DNA of 64,000 bases from a cyanobacterium endosymbiont of Rhopalodia gibba (GTDB taxonomy: Bacteria > Cyanobacteriota > Cyanobacteriia > Cyanobacteriales > Microcystaceae): the NCBI GenBank assembly GCA_045159875.1, contig CP067995.1, positions 672,001-736,000 on the forward strand, given 5' to 3'. The notes beneath the pieces were generated by a model. The model saw only the letters and a list, made by a program, of their open reading frames with translations. It was not told the origin of the DNA and searched no databases. Each line of letters begins with the position of its first letter. The stretch's first letter is position 1. Of this stretch, positions 58,526 to 64,000 are shown piece after piece. The position numbers and the translations under genes were made by a program.

Positions 58526-59001
58526 AACTTCTTCCGTCAGACTATTATTGTCTCATAAACCTTAGCAAATTGTCAACTCTTTTGAACTGCTTTTATTTAG
58601 GCTCCTGAAAACTACATCCCATAGCTCAAGAGCGTAAAATATAGTTAGTTTATAGTTTTCTTCAATAAAGTAGGAGCAAGGATAAATATGTTGTTGTATT
58701 ATGACTTTTAGTGATAATTTGCGTAAAATTTTTTTTGATTTTTTTTACTTATAACTTTCTCTAATTCTGTATTTGAGAATGGCTATTAAATTCTTTTTTA
58801 GACATTTTCTACAGTAGACAAGCCTTACCCAGTTGAACTCAACAAAGGACAATAGTATGTTTAATTGTGTGTGTGTGGGGTAATTAGAGCGACTAAACAC
58901 TTTAATAACACTTCAGTTTACTCTCGGTTGGTCATGGAATCCTGTTCTGTTGACTCGTGATAGTATCAAGATGTCGTAGTGATTGGCTGGAGGGATCCTA
59001 T

Positions 59002-59193
59002 ATGGGAGTCTGGATGATAACAGTTTGTGTTCTTTTTGTTCTTGTCCGATTATTTCATTGGTTTCAGGGGTTTATGCTTCCTTTTCCTTTTTATCTTTTA
59101 GCTGGAGCTTTTTTAGCGATCGCTTCCAATTACGAAAAGGGACTGGGTAAATTGCTTAAACAGATTCACACAACATCTGACTCTTCTGAGTAA
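59002..59193 (+). CDS. Small hypothetical membrane protein
   Basis: GGAGGG RBS before the ATG at 59002; two hydrophobic segments ending in LAGAFLAIASNY. Confidence 0.7.
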   Translation: MGVWMITVCVLFVLVRLFHWFQGFMLPFPFYLLAGAFLAIASNYEKGLGKLLKQIHTTSDSSE

Positions 59194-59403
59194 TATTAGC
59201 TCGAGTTATTATTAACACGGACTTAAAAGTCAGGAGGTGAGGTTTGACGAAGAAATTAACTCTAAAAGTTATAAAAAGGAATAGCAATTGGGCTTAAGAT
59301 AAAATTTTGACTAACTAGGATGGGTGGCTGGGTATCGTCCGCCTCCCGTCCGCCAGCCATTGTTATGAAGGGTCTGCTGGGCTGTCTCTGAAATCAAGTG
59401 AAA

Positions 59404-60402
59404 TTATACCTGAATGGGAACCCCGACAGTAGCGGTTATTTTTTCGTAAATTTCTCTCATTTTAAGTCCTACTAACACTTGGAACAAACCTGTTCCGTTA
59501 TTAGAACCAGGATAATTTTTATGGTGAAGTAACAATTCTGTCATTTCACCATAATAACTTGTCCCAGTTTTGCTGAGATGGCTTTCGATATAAATCATTT
59601 CTTCGAGATTATCAAATTGACCATCTAATTCTAAGATAGAAACTTCACTTCCCATAAAATTATCGGGTCCATAGTACATCCTAATCCCTGGATAGGCACA
59701 AGTGAGTTTACGACCACAGGGTCGCCAATCAACAGTAGATCCTTCATCAAACAAATAGGCAGGTTCGAAATAAGCGATCTCTTCTTTTTGGATCAAACGT
59801 ACCCGTAAAAGCTTACTTTCATGATCTTCAAGTAGTTGAGTCGGTAAAACCTGAATAACGACATCCGCGTATTGTTTCTGGGGGTCAATATAAGCGTTAA
59901 AATCTGGCTTTCTAGCGTTAATAGAGGCTATTACATCTTCGTAGGTGTGACCCCGTTCAGCCATATCGCGCTGAATTTTCCAATTAATTTTAACTTCATT
60001 TCCAATATCAAGATAGACACTAAAGTCAATTAACTCACGAACTCGCTGGTCATAAAGAGGATGTAAACCTTCAATGACAACCACTCTATTGGGTTCTACC
60101 CATTCTGGTGGATCAATTATTCCAGTTTCATGATTGTAAATTGGTTTATCAATGCCTTTGCCTGACTTAAGAGTTGTAATTTGCTCATGCATTAGGTCAA
60201 AGTTATTAGCCTTAGGATTTAAGGCTGTTACTCCGGCTTTTTTTCTCCCTTGACGATCAAGACTATGGTAGTCATCTAGACAGATGACTGTCATAAATTC
60301 CGCACCAAATAAATCTGTTAAGCGACGCAAAAAAGTTGACTTACCGCAACCGGAATCTCCGCCGACCCCAATAAGAACCACACGATCTGGCTGAGTGTAC
60401 AT
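59404..60402 (-). CDS. prk: Phosphoribulokinase (cyanobacterial/plant type)
   Basis: GDSGCGKSTF, ICLDDYH, KPIYNH, EGLHP, QRDMAERGH and NNGTGLFQ motifs. Start at ATG 60402 with a GGGGGA RBS; the longer N-terminus in the ORF track is probably spurious. Confidence 0.96.
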   Translation of the reverse strand: MYTQPDRVVLIGVGGDSGCGKSTFLRRLTDLFGAEFMTVICLDDYHSLDRQGRKKAGVTALNPKANNFDLMHEQITTLKSGKGIDKPIYNHETGIIDPPEWVEPNRVVVIEGLHPLYDQRVRELIDFSVYLDIGNEVKINWKIQRDMAERGHTYEDVIASINARKPDFNAYIDPQKQYADVVIQVLPTQLLEDHESKLLRVRLIQKEEIAYFEPAYLFDEGSTVDWRPCGRKLTCAYPGIRMYYGPDNFMGSEVSILELDGQFDNLEEMIYIESHLSKTGTSYYGEMTELLLHHKNYPGSNNGTGLFQVLVGLKMREIYEKITATVGVPIQV

Positions 60403-60497
60403 AATTCCCCCTAAATGCAAAACACCAATTGTTAACTTGGCTTCTTTTCCATGTAATCTAAATATTCCAAACAGTGAAGCTTTAACCTGTAAACTTC

Positions 60498-60551
60498 GGA
60501 CTAATCCCTTGGATATCGGTTGATCATAACCGATATCCAAGGGATTGGTCC
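60498..60551. repeat. Inverted repeat upstream of prk, 24-bp arms (1 mismatch), 6-nt loop
   Basis: GGACTAATCCCTTGGATATCGGTT-GATCAT-AACCGATATCCAAGGGATTGGTCC. Confidence 0.92.
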
Positions 60552-61113
60552 AATAGAAAGGATTGATCCCACAAAACCCTAATAAATTTGAGTAGGTTTA
60601 AGTATATAGTGGTGAACTACCGAACATTAAATTTTATGATTCCAACATTGGTCTCCAACCTAAAAGTCTGCTTGCTGTGTAAAAAGACATAACAAGTCTT
60701 ACGGTCCGACAATAGGCTGCCCTTCGTTCTAATAGCATAAACAAGGTGTGATCAAAACTTGATATCTATTTAGGTTGGTTTTATCTATCTATTTGCCGTG
60801 TCAGAATGCCTGAATTGTATCATAAGCAAATCCCAATCTTTTGTGTTGACAGTAACTTTTTAAAGCTTAAGAGTTTCTTAGGAGAGAACTAAATACAGAC
60901 TATGAATCCTACCAAAATCATATTCTTCTTTATAAGACTGATTTTCCTAAAAACTATTCTTGATCTGTTTAGAGAGCAATATCTAATTAAAGTTAGATAT
61001 AATTTTAGTTGAAGTTTAAATAGCATATTTAAAACTTGTTAAGTTCAAAGTTAAATTATTATTTTTTAAGCATTATCTACTATGATATCTTTATAAGATT
61101 TTTTCATAAAAAG

Positions 61114-61149
61114 ACAAATTAAATAACAACAAGTTGTTATTTAATTTGT
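61114..61149. repeat. 36-bp palindrome, 17-bp arms, 2 central bases
   Basis: ACAAATTAAATAACAAC-AA-GTTGTTATTTAATTTGT. Confidence 0.93.
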
Positions 61150-61642
61150 TGTCTGAAACTTAATATTATTTTTTACTATAAGATTGGTATTTCAACATTA
61201 CTATAGTAATGATTGATGATTCTAATTAAAATGAAAAAAATTTTATAAATATTTAAATTATTGTTGAAACTGCTCACAAAAATAATATATTAAGACATCA
61301 ATGATTAAACCATTTAAATTAGTGGACTATGGAAATTTGTAAATTTATATTATTGATATAAGCTTAGTTAATTTATAAAATTCGTTTGTCCATTCGACAC
61401 AATATAGGCTAAAATTAGCCATACAATAACAGCAACAGTCATAGAATAGTATTTAACCATATAAAGTCTGAAAACATAGAATAATAAATAGAAGTTTAAA
61501 TTAAATTGTTCTAGTATTCTAGAAATTACAGTGATTAAGCAAATCGGTAATAGCGTTTTTACAAGGACTGAGATCTAGCTCAGAATCTATATGGAAATTT
61601 TTTCTACCGATAGGATATTTAACGTGTTTTATTGCGCATTTT

Positions 61643-62566
61643 CTAAGAAATTTCAGTTCCAAAACTAATTTCGGGGGACTGATAATCCAGGGGTTCTATA
61701 TGAATCACCACTCGTACTGGACTAAAACGTTCTTCTAATCTCTCTTCTACTATCTCTGTAATATAATGAGAACCTTCCACATCTGGAGAATTTACCACTA
61801 AATGCATTTCAATAAATACTTGTCTTCCTAAGAGTCCCCTCGAAGCAATATCATGACAATTGAGTACCCCAGGAACTCCCATCACAACTTCATGGATCGC
61901 TTCAGGAGCGATTACCATGACATCTACTAGCCAAGGCACATTGCTTCGTAACACCTGCCAACCACTGATAAACACCAAAAAGGCGACGGGAAAAGCTAAT
62001 ATAGCATCTAGCCACTGAAGTTGCGGTAAATTCAATTGTCTTGCCTGCCAAATTCCGATTAATCCTCCTAGCACCATAATTGTCACCCAAATATCGCTCA
62101 TGGTATGATAAGCGTCCGCCACTAAAATCGGACTGTTTAATCGTTTTCCCACACGACGTTCATAAAAAGCGACAAAAATGTTAACGCCTAAAACGATTAA
62201 CAAAATCCATATTTGCGCTCCAGAGACCCTAACTTCTTGACCACCGTAATAGATTCTTTGAATTGTACCTTGAAGAATTTCAAAACAGGCGATGCCTAAA
62301 AAAGCTACAATTCCCAAGGTAGCGACTCCTTCATATTTCTGACGTCCGTAAGGGTGATGGCGATTAGGTTGAGGAGAAGACAAACTGTTGGCAATTAACC
62401 CCAAAATATTGTTGGCACTATCTGTAATGCTATGAATGGCATCCGCTTGTAAACTTAAAGAACCAGTTATAATGCCTACTGTAGCCTTTAACCCCACCAC
62501 AAACAGATTGAGAAACAGGGTGATGAGTAAGACCTGACGAACTTGAGAATGGTTATCTTGTACCAC
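61643..62566 (-). CDS. Cation diffusion facilitator (CDF) family transporter
   Basis: ADAIHSITD, HPYG..KYE and ADAYHTMSD metal-site motifs and a C-terminal HIEP. Probable start is GTG 62566 (the ORF track starts at 62686). Confidence 0.92.
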   Translation of the reverse strand: MVQDNHSQVRQVLLITLFLNLFVVGLKATVGIITGSLSLQADAIHSITDSANNILGLIANSLSSPQPNRHHPYGRQKYEGVATLGIVAFLGIACFEILQGTIQRIYYGGQEVRVSGAQIWILLIVLGVNIFVAFYERRVGKRLNSPILVADAYHTMSDIWVTIMVLGGLIGIWQARQLNLPQLQWLDAILAFPVAFLVFISGWQVLRSNVPWLVDVMVIAPEAIHEVVMGVPGVLNCHDIASRGLLGRQVFIEMHLVVNSPDVEGSHYITEIVEERLEERFSPVRVVIHIEPLDYQSPEISFGTEIS

Positions 62567-63163
62567 GGAGGTTAAATAAAGTCTCCAAGTCTTTGAGTCA
62601 GAGGTTTCTGACCTTTGTTCAGTTTTATTATACTGAGATTTTGCACTTCCTTGAAAACTAGCTAAAGAACAGAGACAATACTTCAACGAGCTCGATAACT
62701 AAGCGAGAATTGACACACCTTCGTGTAAAACTTAACTGTAATAGAATATCTTTCTAAAAGATATTCGGAGGACTTACTACTTTTTACTAAGTTTTCCCCT
62801 TCAAAGTTTCATAACACATCGGAGCGATTATATCTGAACTAACGCCAACGCGTTTTCAATTACTTTGTCTTTACGTTTTAAGGGAAAACTTTACAATTTC
62901 TAACTACCATTCTAATAATTAGAAAGCTGTTTATTTTTCTTTATATAAACGTTTTTATAATCTTTATTGTGCTTTTTTATTTTGAATATATTTTTCTGAG
63001 TTTTAAGTAAATCCTGTGGACTACAACCACTAATAATTACTAGGAATAAAGTTACAATTGAAGAAGTTAAGGGACATAATGATTATTCAACAATTAAACT
63101 CTGTATTTTGCCGATTAATCCTAAAATACCGATTGATTTTTCCAACCCACCCTAAAATTTTGA

Positions 63164-64000
63164 CTAACTTTGATCGTACACTTGGAGCGCTTCTCTGAGG
63201 TTTCCTTGATGGCTATCTAATAACTGTTGTCCTTGTTGAACATCTAGTGCTTTCCAGTGCATTAATAAGGCTAATTTAACCCATCTTCCACTCCTTTCTA
63301 GTAAAATTTCTGCTTCTTCACGATTTAATCCTGTGAGATCTTCTAACATTCTGAGAGCGCGATCATGGAGTTTTCGATTGGTCACTGAAACATCCACCAT
63401 ACGATTCCCATAAACCTTCCCAAGACGTACCATCACTCCTGTAGACAGAATATTTAAGGCCATCTTGGTGACCGTTCCGGCTTTCAGACGAGTGGAACCA
63501 GCTAAAACCTCTGGACCGGTGAGCAAACGAATATCAATATCAACAATTATAGGGACTTGTTCGGCAGGAACGCAAGTCACGGAAATAGTGGTGGCGCCAC
63601 ACTTTTTGGCCGCTTCTAGCGCACCGTGAACAAAAGGGGTGGTTCCTCCAGCACTAATTCCCACAATCACATCTTTATCTACAATCTGGTGTTGGATGAT
63701 CGCAGAAGCTCCATCTTCTTTACGATCTTCGAGATTTTCTGAACTTCTCACCAATGCAGCAGCTCCTCCGGCAATAATTCCCTGTACTAAGTCAGGATGG
63801 GTACAGAATGTGGGGGGACATTCGGCCGCATCCAAAACTCCTAACCTTCCACTAGTTCCTGCTCCAACGTAAAATAATCGTCCTCCTCGACCTAAAGATT
63901 TTGCACTCACTTCAATGGCTTGAGCTAATTCTAGTCTTGCTTGAGCAATGGCTTTGAGAGTTTTAGCATCCTCTCGATTAAACAGATCTACCAACTCTAC
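63164..64000 (-). CDS. murQ: N-acetylmuramic acid 6-phosphate etherase (5' end outside the window)
   Basis: GAGTSGRLGVLDAAECPPTF, GPEVLAGSTRLKAGT and GKVYGNRMVD motifs. Confidence 0.96.
   Translation of the reverse strand, partial: VELVDLFNREDAKTLKAIAQARLELAQAIEVSAKSLGRGGRLFYVGAGTSGRLGVLDAAECPPTFCTHPDLVQGIIAGGAAALVRSSENLEDRKEDGASAIIQHQIVDKDVIVGISAGGTTPFVHGALEAAKKCGATTISVTCVPAEQVPIIVDIDIRLLTGPEVLAGSTRLKAGTVTKMALNILSTGVMVRLGKVYGNRMVDVSVTNRKLHDRALRMLEDLTGLNREEAEILLERSGRWVKLALLMHWKALDVQQGQQLLDSHQGNLREALQVYDQS

Noticed and set aside
59318..59362. GC-rich patch with a TGGCTGG/CCAGCCA inverted repeat downstream of prk
   Set aside because: The stem is short with a large unpaired interior, too weak to call a terminator or REP.
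60403..60540. 46-aa N-terminal extension of PRK in the ORF track
   Set aside because: It runs from a TTG inside the hairpin; the ATG at 60402 has a good RBS and gives the normal PRK length.

Overview
Low-GC cyanobacterial chromosome segment undergoing reductive evolution. Only about half of the window is intact coding sequence; the rest is AT-rich spacer full of recognisable gene remnants. Intact genes include dnaG, a fused peptide/nickel-type ABC ATPase, trpE, speA, folP, tpiA, nadD-nrtR-nadE, clpB, recQ, pyrE, gloA, a GH57 branching enzyme, sasA, a ParA-family ATPase, der, a proA paralog, prk, a CDF transporter and murQ. There are three tRNAs: Leu-UAA with a group I intron, a CAU tRNA (probably Ile2) and Gly-GCC. 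Pseudogenes that I translated by hand include psaD (photosystem I), nifJ (with a large internal deletion), pncB, cbiM-N-Q, a ferrochelatase-family paralog, a TM-helix mechanosensitive-channel-like gene, DUF1350, a 2TM protein and a pentapeptide-repeat gene. A dead psaD in this context suggests (inference) a non-photosynthetic cyanobacterial endosymbiont such as a rhopalodiacean diatom spheroid body. The most striking unexplained structure is a set of long, mutually unrelated perfect or near-perfect palindromes (30-56 bp) that I found only in non-coding or pseudogene DNA. I recognised no CRISPR array, transposase or defence system. Family assignments come from remembered motifs, not database searches.
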